Below are positions 38,887-48,579 of a stretch of 64,000 bases of DNA, piece after piece. This DNA comes from an uncultured Pseudomonadota bacterium. GTDB taxonomy: Bacteria; Pseudomonadota; Alphaproteobacteria; JACZXZ01. The position numbers and the translations under genes are program-made. Every line of letters begins with the position of its first letter. The first letter of the stretch is position 1. Location of the stretch: contig CAVVLJ010000020.1 of assembly GCA_963749075.1 (NCBI GenBank), positions 800,001 to 864,000 on the forward strand, in the 5' to 3' direction. Under the pieces are notes generated by a model. The model was not told the DNA's origin. It searched no databases and worked only from the letters and a program-made list of their open reading frames with translations.

Positions 38887-39984
38887 ATGGAGTTCGGCTA
38901 TTTCACGCTGAGCGACAACCACTATCCCGACAATCCGCGCAGCGCCGAGCGCTTCATCCTCGACATCCGCGCCGAGGCGCTCCATGCCGAGGCGCTCGGC
39001 ATGCATTCGGTGTGGATCGGCGAGCATCACTTCGATTCGCTCGGGGTGAATTCCTGCCCGTCGCTGCTCCTCGCCAGCATCGTGCCGCTCACCACGCGCG
39101 TACGCCTGGCGCCGGCGGTCGCGGTGCTGCCGCTCCACCATCCGCTCAGCGTCGCCGAGGAGTGGGCGACGCTCGACCTCCTGAGCGGCGGGCGCGTCGA
39201 TTTCGCCGCCGGGCGCGGCTACGACCGGCGCGAGTACGAGCCCTTCGGCGCCGACTTCATGGCCTCGCTCGAGGTCTTCGCCGAGGGGGTGGACATCCTC
39301 CTCAAGGCGTGGAGCGCTGAGGGTCCCTGGTCCTACGAGGGCAAGCACTACGCCATCAGGGACATGGCGATCACGCCGCGGCCGGTGCAGCGGCCGCTCC
39401 CCTTCTTCATCGCCTGCTTCTCGCGCGCGAGCCTGGAGATCGCAGCCAGGCGCGGCCTCAACATCATCTTCGCCCCCTTCGCCGCCGCCATGACCTTCGG
39501 CGATCTCGCCAAGGCCGTCGCCGCCTATCGCGAGGAGTGCGCCAAGTGCGGCAAGCCGCCGGGAAAGGCGATGTGCAGCTACTTCGTCCATATTGCCGAC
39601 ACGCCCGCCGAGGAGGACTACGGCCGCGCGGCGCTGATGAGCTACTTCCGCCACTGCGTGCTGCCGGCCTTCCCCAAGGATCCGGCCAAGGCGCCGCCGA
39701 CCATGCAGTACTTCATGCGCATCGTGGAAATCCTCAAGGGCATGAGGAAGGAGGACCTGGGCGAGAAATCCATCCTCATCGGCACGCCGGAGCGCATCAT
39801 CGAGACGCTCAAGCGCGTCGAGGCGGCCGGCATCGAGGAGGTCATCCTCTACTTCAACGTCGGCAACAAGCCGCACGGCATGGTCAAGGATCAGATGTCC
39901 CGGTTCATGGCGGCGGTGGCGCCGGCCTTCGCAGCAACGCAAGGCAATGCTGGACCTGGCGTCCTACCTGCCCTACCTGATTAA
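38887..39984 (+). CDS. LLM class flavin-dependent oxidoreductase
   Basis: VWIGEHHF, LPLHHPLSVAEEWATLDLLSGGRVDFAAGRGY, PRPVQRP, IGTPE. Confidence 0.93.
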   Translation: MEFGYFTLSDNHYPDNPRSAERFILDIRAEALHAEALGMHSVWIGEHHFDSLGVNSCPSLLLASIVPLTTRVRLAPAVAVLPLHHPLSVAEEWATLDLLSGGRVDFAAGRGYDRREYEPFGADFMASLEVFAEGVDILLKAWSAEGPWSYEGKHYAIRDMAITPRPVQRPLPFFIACFSRASLEIAARRGLNIIFAPFAAAMTFGDLAKAVAAYREECAKCGKPPGKAMCSYFVHIADTPAEEDYGRAALMSYFRHCVLPAFPKDPAKAPPTMQYFMRIVEILKGMRKEDLGEKSILIGTPERIIETLKRVEAAGIEEVILYFNVGNKPHGMVKDQMSRFMAAVAPAFAATQGNAGPGVLPALPD

Positions 39985-40375
39985 CCGCGCTGGCGTGCGT
40001 CTCGCCGAGGCCTTCGGCAAGGAGCTCGCGGGCCACGGGGTGACGCTCCCCATGTGGCGCGTGATGGCGGCCCTTCACGCGCGCGGCACCAGGCGCGTGG
40101 GCGAGCTCGCCGAGCTCACCTCGATCGAGCTCTCCACCCTCTCGCGCCTGCTTGCCGCCATGGACCGCCGCGGCCTCGTCGAGCGCCGCCGCGCCGAGGC
40201 GGACGCGCGGAGCGTCCTCGTCCGCCTCACTCCACCCGGCAGCCGGCTCACGCGGCGCATCATCCCCGAGGCGCTCCGCTACGAGGCGGTGGCGCTCAAC
40301 GCCTTCGGGCAGGAGGAGGCGGAGGCGCTCAAGGCCATGCTGCGGCGGGTCTACGAGAACATCGCAGCGCTTTGA
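39947..40375 (+). CDS. MarR family transcriptional regulator
   Basis: YLPYLINRAG, WRVMAAL, ELSTLSRLL, GLVERRR, DARSVLVRLT. Confidence 0.92.
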   Translation: MLDLASYLPYLINRAGVRLAEAFGKELAGHGVTLPMWRVMAALHARGTRRVGELAELTSIELSTLSRLLAAMDRRGLVERRRAEADARSVLVRLTPPGSRLTRRIIPEALRYEAVALNAFGQEEAEALKAMLRRVYENIAAL

Positions 40376-40500
40376 GGATCGAGCCGCGAGGCGGATCGAG
40401 GGGAGGCCGCGCGGCAAGCGCGCGGCAAGGCCGTTTTCATGCCCTCCGCGGTCGAGTACACTCCGGCAGAAGCGCCGCAACGGCGTCTGGGAGGAGCGAA

Positions 40501-41667
40501 ATGAAGAAGACACTGATCGCGGCCGCCGCGGCGCTCGCTTTGCTCGCGGTGCCGGCAAGTGCTGCCGAGAAGATCAAGATAGGCTTCGTCACCACGCTCT
40601 CGGGTCCGGCCGGGATCATCGGCAAGCACATGAAGGACGCGGCCGATCTCGCTCTCGAGATGCTGGGCGGCAAGATCGGCGGCATTCCCGCCGAGATCGT
40701 CTATGGCGACGACCAGTTCAAGCCCGACGTCGGCCGCCAGGTCGCCGAGGAGATGCTCAAGAAGGACAAGGTCGATTTCATGACCGGCTTCATCTGGTCG
40801 AACGTCCTTCTCGCCTCCTACCAGCCGATCATCAAGTCCGGCACCATCCTCGTCGGCGCCAACGCCGGCCCGCACGAGATCGCCGGCGCCATGTGCGCGC
40901 CCAATTTCTTCTCGAGCTCGTGGCAGAACGACGAGACGCCCGAGGCGATGGGCAAGTTCATGAACGACGAGAAGATGGACGACGTCTACGTCATGGCGCC
41001 CGACTACGCCGCCGGCAAGGACATGGTCGCGGGCTTCAAGCGCTACTTCAAGGGCAAGATCGCGGGCGAGGTCTTCACCAAGCCCGGGCAGGCGGACTAC
41101 CAGGCCGAGATCAGCCAGATCCGCGCCGCGGCTCCCAAGGCGGTGTTCGTCTTCCTTCCGGGCGGCATGGGCATCCAGTTCGTCAAGCAGTACGCGCAAT
41201 CGGGCCTGCGCGGCAAGATACCGCTCTATTCGGCCTTCACCGTGGACGAGACGACGCTCCCCGCCATCGGCGACGCGGCCGACGGCAATTTCGAGGTCGG
41301 CTTCTGGTCGCCCGACCTCAAGGTGGCGCGCAATCAGGAATTCGTCGCCGCCTTCCGCAAGAAGTACAATTACTATCCCTCCTTCTACGCCGCCCAGAGC
41401 TTCGATGCGATCTTCCTCATCGACAGCGCGGTGAAAGCGGTGAACGGCGACCTCGCCAACAAGGACGGGATGATCGCCGCCCTCGACAAGGCCGACTTCG
41501 CTTCCGTGCGCGGCCCCTACACGTACAACACCAACCATTTCCCGATCGAGAACTTCTATCTCTTCAAGATCGGCAAGGACGCCCAAGGCAACTACGTGCG
41601 CAAGATCGTGAAGACGGTCTTCACCGACCACAAGGACGCCTATTACGAGGAGTGCAAGATGAAGTGA
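40501..41667 (+). CDS. ABC transporter substrate-binding protein (branched-chain amino acid/aromatic type)
   Basis: RBS ggaggag; signal peptide; KIGFVTTLSGP, DDQFKPDVG, NAGP, YAAGKD, SVRGP. Confidence 0.93.
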   Translation: MKKTLIAAAAALALLAVPASAAEKIKIGFVTTLSGPAGIIGKHMKDAADLALEMLGGKIGGIPAEIVYGDDQFKPDVGRQVAEEMLKKDKVDFMTGFIWSNVLLASYQPIIKSGTILVGANAGPHEIAGAMCAPNFFSSSWQNDETPEAMGKFMNDEKMDDVYVMAPDYAAGKDMVAGFKRYFKGKIAGEVFTKPGQADYQAEISQIRAAAPKAVFVFLPGGMGIQFVKQYAQSGLRGKIPLYSAFTVDETTLPAIGDAADGNFEVGFWSPDLKVARNQEFVAAFRKKYNYYPSFYAAQSFDAIFLIDSAVKAVNGDLANKDGMIAALDKADFASVRGPYTYNTNHFPIENFYLFKIGKDAQGNYVRKIVKTVFTDHKDAYYEECKMK

Positions 41668-41731
41668 GGCAAGCCCCGGCACTCCCGCCTCCTCATCGAA
41701 GTTACGGGAGTCGCAGATTTTTGCGCGGGTC

Positions 41732-41891
41732 CCCTCTCCCGCTTGCGGGATCGAGCCGCGAAGCGGATCGATGAGGGACCTGCGGCCGCGAGGCCGTGGG
41801 AGGGTGAGGGACGGCTCCGGCATCCGGCGGTCCCTCGCCCTTCCCATCGCTGCGCGATGGGCCCCTTCCCTCTCCCGCAAGCGGGAGAGGG
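41732..41891. repeat. REP/MITE-like palindromic element
   Basis: 19-bp terminal inverted repeats ccctctcccgcttgcggga / tcccgcaagcgggagaggg; internal hairpins cccatcgc-tgc-gcgatggg and ccctctcccgc-aa-gcgggagaggg. Confidence 0.75.
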
Positions 41892-41915
41892 ATTAGTCGC
41901 GACCGGCCGCGAGCG

Positions 41916-42839
41916 ATGCAGCTCTCCCTCGTCCTCGAGCAGGGCCTGAACGGCGTCCAGTTCGGCGTCATGCTGTTCCTCATGGCGGCCGGGCTCACGC
42001 TCGTCTTCGGCATCATGAATCTCATCAACCTGGCGCACGGCTCGCTCTACATGATCGGGGCCTATGTCTCGGCCTACGTCTTCCAGGCGAGCGGCTCCTT
42101 CCTCCTCGGTGCCGCGGCGGCCCTCGCCGCGGCACTCGCCGTCGGCATCGTCATCGAGCTCGCGGTGTTCCGCGCGCTCTATGAGCGCGAGCACCTCGAC
42201 CAGGTGCTTGCCACCTTCGGCCTCATCCTCTTCTTCGACGAGATGGTGCGCATCATCTGGGGCCCGACCGCGCTCTATGCGAGCGTGCCCGCGGCACTCG
42301 CAGGCCAGGTCGAGATCCTGCCGCATATTCCCTATCCCTCCTACCGGCTCGCCATCATCGCGGTCGGTCTCGCGGTGGCACTCCTCCTCTATCTCCTCGT
42401 GGCGAAGACCCGGCTCGGCATGCTGATCCGCGCCGGTGCTGCGAACCGCGTCATGGTGGCGGCACTCGGCGTCAACGTGCGGCTCCTCTATACCCTCGTC
42501 TTCGGCCTGGGTGCGGCACTCGCGGCACTCTCCGGCCTCATGGCGGGGCCCATCTTCACCGTCGAGTCCGGCATGGGGGAGAGCGTCCTCATCCTCGCCT
42601 TCGTGGTCATCGTGATCGGCGGCATCGGCTCGATCCGCGGCGCCTTCGTGGCGAGCCTCCTCGTCGGCATCGTCGACACCATGGGCCGCGCCTTCCTCCG
42701 CCCACTGCTCGCGACCTTCATGGCGCCCGCCGCCGCCGACAATACCGGCCCGGCGCTCGCCTCCATGCTGATCTACATCCTGATGGCGACCGTGCTCTTC
42801 TTCCGGCCCCAGGGCCTCTTCCCGCCGCGCGGGCGCTAG
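41916..42839 (+). CDS. Branched-chain amino acid ABC transporter permease (LivH-like)
   Basis: GLTLVFGIMNLINLAHG, FVVIVIGGIGS, RPQGLF. Confidence 0.93.
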   Translation: MQLSLVLEQGLNGVQFGVMLFLMAAGLTLVFGIMNLINLAHGSLYMIGAYVSAYVFQASGSFLLGAAAALAAALAVGIVIELAVFRALYEREHLDQVLATFGLILFFDEMVRIIWGPTALYASVPAALAGQVEILPHIPYPSYRLAIIAVGLAVALLLYLLVAKTRLGMLIRAGAANRVMVAALGVNVRLLYTLVFGLGAALAALSGLMAGPIFTVESGMGESVLILAFVVIVIGGIGSIRGAFVASLLVGIVDTMGRAFLRPLLATFMAPAAADNTGPALASMLIYILMATVLFFRPQGLFPPRGR

Positions 42840-42842
42840 GCG

Positions 42843-43796
42843 ATGCGGCTCGGGCGGCGCAGCCTCACCGTGGCGCTCTCGATCGTGGCCCTGGCCGCAC
42901 TGCCGCCGGTCGCCATTTCATTGGGCGAGCCCTTCTACCTCGACCTCTTCACCCGCATCCTCATCTTCGCGATCGCAGCGCTCAGCCTCGATCTCATCCT
43001 CGGCTACGGCGGCATGGTGAGCTTCGGCCACGCCGCCTACCTCGGCATCGGCGCCTATGCCGTCGGCATCTTGAGCCATTACGGCCTGACGAACGGGCTC
43101 CTCCATTTCGCCACCGCACTCGTTGCCTCGGCGCTCGCCGCACTCCTCATCGGCGCCGTCTCGCTCCGGACGAGCGGCGTCTATTTCATCATGATCACGC
43201 TCGCCTTCAGCCAGATGATCTATTTCCTCGGCGTCAGCCTCAATGTCTACGGCGGCGACGACGGCATGAACATCACAGCACACAGCGACTTCGGCCGCCT
43301 CCTCGACCTCGACGACGCGGGCACGCTCTACTATCTCGTCCTCGCCGTCCTGCTGCTCTTCCTCGTGCTCGGCGAGCGCCTCATGGCCTCGCGCTTCGGC
43401 ATGGTGATCCGAGGCGTCAAGTCGAACGAGCGGCGGATGCGCGCGATCGGCTTCCCCACCTTCCGCTACAAGCTCGCCGCCTTCGCCATCTCGGGCGCCA
43501 TGTGCGGGGTGGCGGGAGCGCTTCTCGCCAACCTGACGCTTTTCGTCTCGCCATCGATCATGCAGTGGACGCGCTCGGGCGAGGTCATGATCATGGTGAT
43601 CCTGGGCGGCATGGGCTCGCTCTTCGGGCCCGTCCTGGGTGCCGTCGCCTTCCTCCTCCTCGAGGAGACCCTCTCCGGCCTCACCACCCACTGGCAGGCG
43701 ATCCTCGGCCCGATCCTCATCCTCGTCGTGCTCTTCGCCAGGCGCGGCCTCTTCGGCCTCTTGGCCGGCCCTGCTGCGGGTGCCGCCCGTGGCTGA
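42843..43796 (+). CDS. Branched-chain amino acid ABC transporter permease (LivM-like)
   Basis: GYGGMVSFGHAAY, YFIMITLAF, GGDDG, VILGGMGSLFGPVLGA. Confidence 0.93.
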   Translation: MRLGRRSLTVALSIVALAALPPVAISLGEPFYLDLFTRILIFAIAALSLDLILGYGGMVSFGHAAYLGIGAYAVGILSHYGLTNGLLHFATALVASALAALLIGAVSLRTSGVYFIMITLAFSQMIYFLGVSLNVYGGDDGMNITAHSDFGRLLDLDDAGTLYYLVLAVLLLFLVLGERLMASRFGMVIRGVKSNERRMRAIGFPTFRYKLAAFAISGAMCGVAGALLANLTLFVSPSIMQWTRSGEVMIMVILGGMGSLFGPVLGAVAFLLLEETLSGLTTHWQAILGPILILVVLFARRGLFGLLAGPAAGAARG

Positions 43797-44543
43797 GGCG
43801 CTCCTCGAGGTCGATTCGCTCGTCAAGCGCTTTGGCGGCCTGGTCGCCACCGACCGGTTCTCCCTCGCACTGCCCGAAGGCGAGCTCCATGCCGTCATCG
43901 GGCCGAACGGCGCCGGCAAGACCACGCTCCTCGCCCAGCTCGCGGGCGAGCTCGCCGCCGACGAGGGCACCATCCGCTTCGCGGGCTCGGACGTGACGCG
44001 CCTCTCCGTCCACGCCCGCGCGCGCCGCGGGCTCGCCCGCTCGTTCCAGATCACCAGCATCTTCCGCGAGTTCACCGCCCTCGACAATGTGGCGCTCGCG
44101 GTGCAGGCCCATGCCGGGCACAGCTTCCGCTTCTGGCGCCGCGCGCGGGCGGAGGCGGCGCTCTACGAGCCCGCCGCCGCGGTGCTCGCCCAAGTGGGCC
44201 TCGCGGCGCGCGCCCAAGTGCCGGCGGCGACCCTCGCCCACGGCGAGCAAAGGGCGCTCGAGATCGCCATGGCGCTCGCGGCGCGGCCGCGCCTTCTCCT
44301 CCTCGACGAGCCCATGGCGGGCATGGGGCCCGAGGATTCGGCGCGCATGGTGCGCCTGCTCGGGAGCCTCAAGGGCAAGCTCACCATCCTCCTCGTCGAG
44401 CACGACATGGATGCGGTCTTCGCCCTCGCCGACCGCATCACCGTGCTCGTCTACGGACGCGCCATCGCCACCGGGGCACCCCAGGCGATCCGCAGCAACG
44501 CGGAGGTGCGCCAGGCCTATCTCGGCGAGGAGGTTGGGCCGTG

Positions 44544-44544
<1 letters not shown>
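43789..44544 (+). CDS. ABC transporter ATP-binding protein (LivG-like)
   Basis: KRFGGLVA, GPNGAGKTT, RSFQIT, LLDEPMAG, VEHDM, AYLGE. Confidence 0.93.
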
Positions 44545-45245
<701 letters not shown>

Positions 45246-45501
45246 CCGCGACCGGGAGCGCGGAGGCGGCCGCATCCCAATCCCGATGGAGGGGCGAGGC
45301 CGCTTGACAAGCGACCCGGACGAGCGTCTGCAGTTGAGGCCAAGACGGACTCGACGCGGACATGGCATTTGGGCTTTCGATGATCCGAGGCGGACGTTCC
45401 GTCGAGCGAGGCGAAAGGCCACATGGCCGGCCACGGCCTGCTCGATTGGGGGAGGAGATTATCGTGGTGCATCGGAGCCGACGGTTGCCGGAACGAGCGC
45501 T

Positions 45502-46326
45502 ATGACGACGAAATCCGTTCGAGACGCCGCTGGCAAGCCGTTCAGCGGAAGGCTGCGATGGTGGCGTACCCATCGTGGATTGTCCCAGCTCGCGCTAGCC
45601 CATGCCGCAGGTATTTCGCAGCGTCACGTCAGCTTTCTCGAGTTGGGGCGTACCGACCCGAGCCGGGAAATGGTGGTTCTTCTCGGATCGGCCCTCAATG
45701 TGCCGCTCGGTCAACAGAATGCCATGCTGCTGGCCGCGGGCTTCGCGCCGATCTGGCGCGAAAGCGACCTCGCAGCACCGGAGCTTGCGCAGGTCAATAG
45801 GGCACTCGATTTCATGCTCTCGCAGCAGGAGCCCTACCCGGCCGTGGTCGTGGATCGCAGATGGAACCTGCTTCGCGCCAATGGAGGTGCCGAACGGCTG
45901 ACGGAGTTTCTGACCGGCCCCGTGGCGGCCGCGAGTACCGAGGCGATCAATCTCGCCGAATGGCTGCTCTCTCCGACGGGCGCTCGGCCGCTCCTGGTCA
46001 ACTGGCAGGAGGTCGCGCTGCATCTGGTGCGCAGCGTCGAAGCCGATGCCCTGACGGATGGCACCGCGGAGTCATCGGCCCTCTTGCAGCGTCTCTTTGC
46101 GCTTCCGGGTATCCCGAGGGCCAGCGCGCAGATCCCCTTGGTCGAGCCGTTCGCTCCGGTCCTCACGATGCATTTCCGCAAGAATGACATCTCGCTGCGT
46201 CTGTTCACGACGATCGCCACCCTGGGCACGCCGCAGCATGTCACCTTGCAGGAGCTGCGCATCGAGTGCTTCTTTCCGGCGGATCTGCAGTCCGATCGAT
46301 TGCTCCGCTCTTGGGGACCAAGCTAG
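45502..46326 (+). CDS. XRE-family HTH transcriptional regulator with MmyB-like ligand-binding domain
   Basis: RGLSQLALA...SQRHVSFLELGRTDPSREMV, LLAAGFAP, EPYPAVVVDRRWN, TLGTPQ...ELRIECFFPAD. Confidence 0.92.
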   Translation: MTTKSVRDAAGKPFSGRLRWWRTHRGLSQLALAHAAGISQRHVSFLELGRTDPSREMVVLLGSALNVPLGQQNAMLLAAGFAPIWRESDLAAPELAQVNRALDFMLSQQEPYPAVVVDRRWNLLRANGGAERLTEFLTGPVAAASTEAINLAEWLLSPTGARPLLVNWQEVALHLVRSVEADALTDGTAESSALLQRLFALPGIPRASAQIPLVEPFAPVLTMHFRKNDISLRLFTTIATLGTPQHVTLQELRIECFFPADLQSDRLLRSWGPS

Positions 46327-46335
46327 GTGCCAAGC

Positions 46336-47254
46336 TCATTCCATCTTCAGTCGGCAGCCTGAGTCGCGCGTGGAAGGCCGCGCCGACGCGTCGGTTGATG
46401 CGATCCATATGCCGATGAAGACGGCAACCACGCCGAGGAGAAGATTGAAGCCGACCGGCTCGCCCAGAAGGATCGCGGCAAGGATGGAGGCCGTCACCGG
46501 ATTCACGGTGAGCGTGCTGGCGACCCGCGTGGGGGTCGTCCGCTCCAAGGCGGACACCCAGAGAAAGAAGGACAGGGCGCTTCCGACCAGTCCCAGATAG
46601 AGAATGGCTATCCATTGCGGTTTGCCGAACTCTGCGACAATTGCAAATCCGCCGGTAAACCAGGCGATAGCGCCGAGCAAAGCAGCACCGGCGCCCATCG
46701 TCGCCGTGACATATGCCAATGGTCCGGATCGTGCAATAAACGGCCGGGACCAGACGTTGTAAAGCGCCATGCACGTGGCCGCTGCAATCATGATGAGGTC
46801 GCCTCGCCATGCGTCCGTGGGAGCCACCGCGAGACCCGTCACCAGAGCGATTGCCACGCCTCCGATCGCCACCAGCACACCCGTCGCTTTGCGCACGGTA
46901 AGGCGCTCAACACCGAGCACTGCACCGGCGATCATCGTCAATAGCGGCAACGTCGACATGGCAAGAGCCCCTCGCGCAGCCGTCGTGTAGACGAGCGCGG
47001 TATTGAACAACGCGAAGCACATGCCGAAGAACAGGAAGCCCAGCGAGACGACCCGGATCCAGTCGCCGCCGCGCGGCCATCGAGCTCTTAGGCAGAGGGC
47101 CACCGGCAGGAGAAAGATTGCCCCCGACCCGAAGCGCAGCGCGGCAAGTGCAATTGGATCCGTCGTCGCGACCATGAATCGGATCAAGGCTGTGACGGTT
47201 CCGCCAATTGCGCTTGACGCGATGGCCATCAAGACTTCCGCTATGCTCCCTCAC
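46336..47254 (-). CDS. DMT/EamA family transporter; probable +1 frameshift near 47236, otherwise starts at 47232
   Basis: About 10 TM helices in two EamA repeats; GTG at 47254 gives MREHSG then VLMAIASSAIGG if one A is removed; span 919 nt = 3n+1. Confidence 0.85.
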
Positions 47255-47348
47255 GGCGGCTCCCTATAGCGCGGTTCGACCGACGTAGCTTTACCGCTAC
47301 AACGACGGAACGGGAGCCGACAGTGCCGGAGCGGCGCTCTCCAGATCA

Positions 47349-47365
47349 ATTACGCGGGAAGTAAT
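47349..47365. promoter_or_regulatory. Inverted repeat ATTAC-N7-GTAAT, candidate operator for the XRE regulator
   Basis: caattacgcgggaagtaataaaat, an A/T-rich palindrome about 95 bp upstream of the DMT gene. Confidence 0.4.
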
Positions 47366-47461
47366 AAAATGGGAGGGCGGGGTTGGCCGCGGCGGGGCGG
47401 GGCGCCCGGTCGCATCGTACCGCGCGGCTGCGACGACGGCCGCCAAGGGCGAGGGAGGGCC

Positions 47462-47872
47462 TCAGTTCGAAGGTTGGCTCGGCTGCGCACGCCGAGCCGC
47501 GCGCTCCTGGAGGATCGCCGCAGTCGCCGTTTCCCGCTCGAATTCCACCGTGTTGGCGTCGAATCTTCGGCGCGCTTCCGGGTCGAGGCCGCGTCCATAC
47601 GCCTCTTGGTAGGCGGAGAACTGGGCGACGCAGAGCGGCTCTATCTCGTAGGCAATGCTGGCGGCGTCGACATTGCCGTCATCGACAATCCGCGCGGAAT
47701 CCCGCAAGCACGAGATGTAGGATTTTTCCGCCTGGCTTTTTTCCTGATCCGTCGCCGGCGGCGTCGATGACGAAGCGCATGCGGCGAGCAAGCATGCGAT
47801 AAAGCCCCAGGCAGCGCCGACGCGCGCCCACGCGCGGATTTGACGCCCTGCGCTCGCGATCGTCACGCGCAT
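47462..47872 (-). CDS. Putative lipoprotein, hypothetical
   Basis: Hydrophobic stretch ending LLAAC (lipobox-like), then a helical domain with two Cys; start uncertain. Confidence 0.6.
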   Translation of the reverse strand: MRVTIASAGRQIRAWARVGAAWGFIACLLAACASSSTPPATDQEKSQAEKSYISCLRDSARIVDDGNVDAASIAYEIEPLCVAQFSAYQEAYGRGLDPEARRRFDANTVEFERETATAAILQERAARRAQPSQPSN

Positions 47873-47888
47873 GCACCCGTCACGCTGC

Positions 47889-47930
47889 GATTCCGCATTT
47901 GGGATTCCGCATTTGGGCTTTCGCATTTCG
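47889..47930. repeat. Three tandem 14-bp direct repeats
   Basis: gattccgcatttgg gattccgcatttgg gctttcgcatttcg immediately upstream of the lipoprotein gene. Confidence 0.8.
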
Positions 47931-47995
47931 CGGCATCTTACGCCATAGTCGCCAAATTCAGCCCGGCTCGTCTATCGGAGAGGCGCTCACTCGCA

Positions 47996-48355
47996 CTAGG
48001 CGTGGGGCGATGCCGGCGCGCCTGCCGCCGCCGCCGCGCGTGCCCGCAAGGCCGCCGCTGCGAGGGCGAGGGCCGCCGTCCGCGCCCGCCCCTCAAAGCC
48101 GCCGACCCGCGCCTCCGGCCCGCGCAGGGCGCTGAGCTGCCAGGGCGTCCCCGTGGGGGCGAGCGTCAAGGCGGCATCGATCGAGCGCGTGAAGGCGCAG
48201 TGCGCCGGGACGCCCGCCTCCAGGCTGAGCCAGAGCCCGACCCGGCGCGGATAGGGCTCCGCCGTAAGGGCTATTTTGATGTCGAGCTCCCGGCTGCCGT
48301 CGCCCGCCGCTTCGAGCTCGCTCGCCAGGGCCAAGAGGTCGGGCTCTGTCGTCAT
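47996..48355 (-). CDS. Small hypothetical protein of a phage-associated type (SRELD...DAALTL...ALALAAAALRAR)
   Basis: RBS aagaaggag; motif pattern recalled from small proteobacterial prophage proteins; not verified by search. Confidence 0.55.
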   Translation of the reverse strand: MTTEPDLLALASELEAAGDGSRELDIKIALTAEPYPRRVGLWLSLEAGVPAHCAFTRSIDAALTLAPTGTPWQLSALRGPEARVGGFEGRARTAALALAAAALRARAAAAAGAPASPHA

Positions 48356-48579
48356 CGCCGCTCTCCTTCTTAAGCTCAATTAGCTTGATCCGCGATTGTA
48401 TCAGCGGCCTGCCACCGAGTATGTGGCCGCGAGGCGCCCTTTTGCCACCCTCGCGACGATAGATGCGGCTCGGGCGCGCTAACGGGCGGGCAATGCCTGC
48501 TGCCAGCAGCGGCTGAGCGCAATCATGGCGTGCGGCGAGCAGCTGTGGCAGAATCGCCGCAAAGTTGCGGGAGAGCCCC

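Noticed and set aside
45246-48400. Prophage or complete mobile element
   Set aside because: No integrase, transposase, terminase or structural genes; only one phage-type small ORF and short repeats
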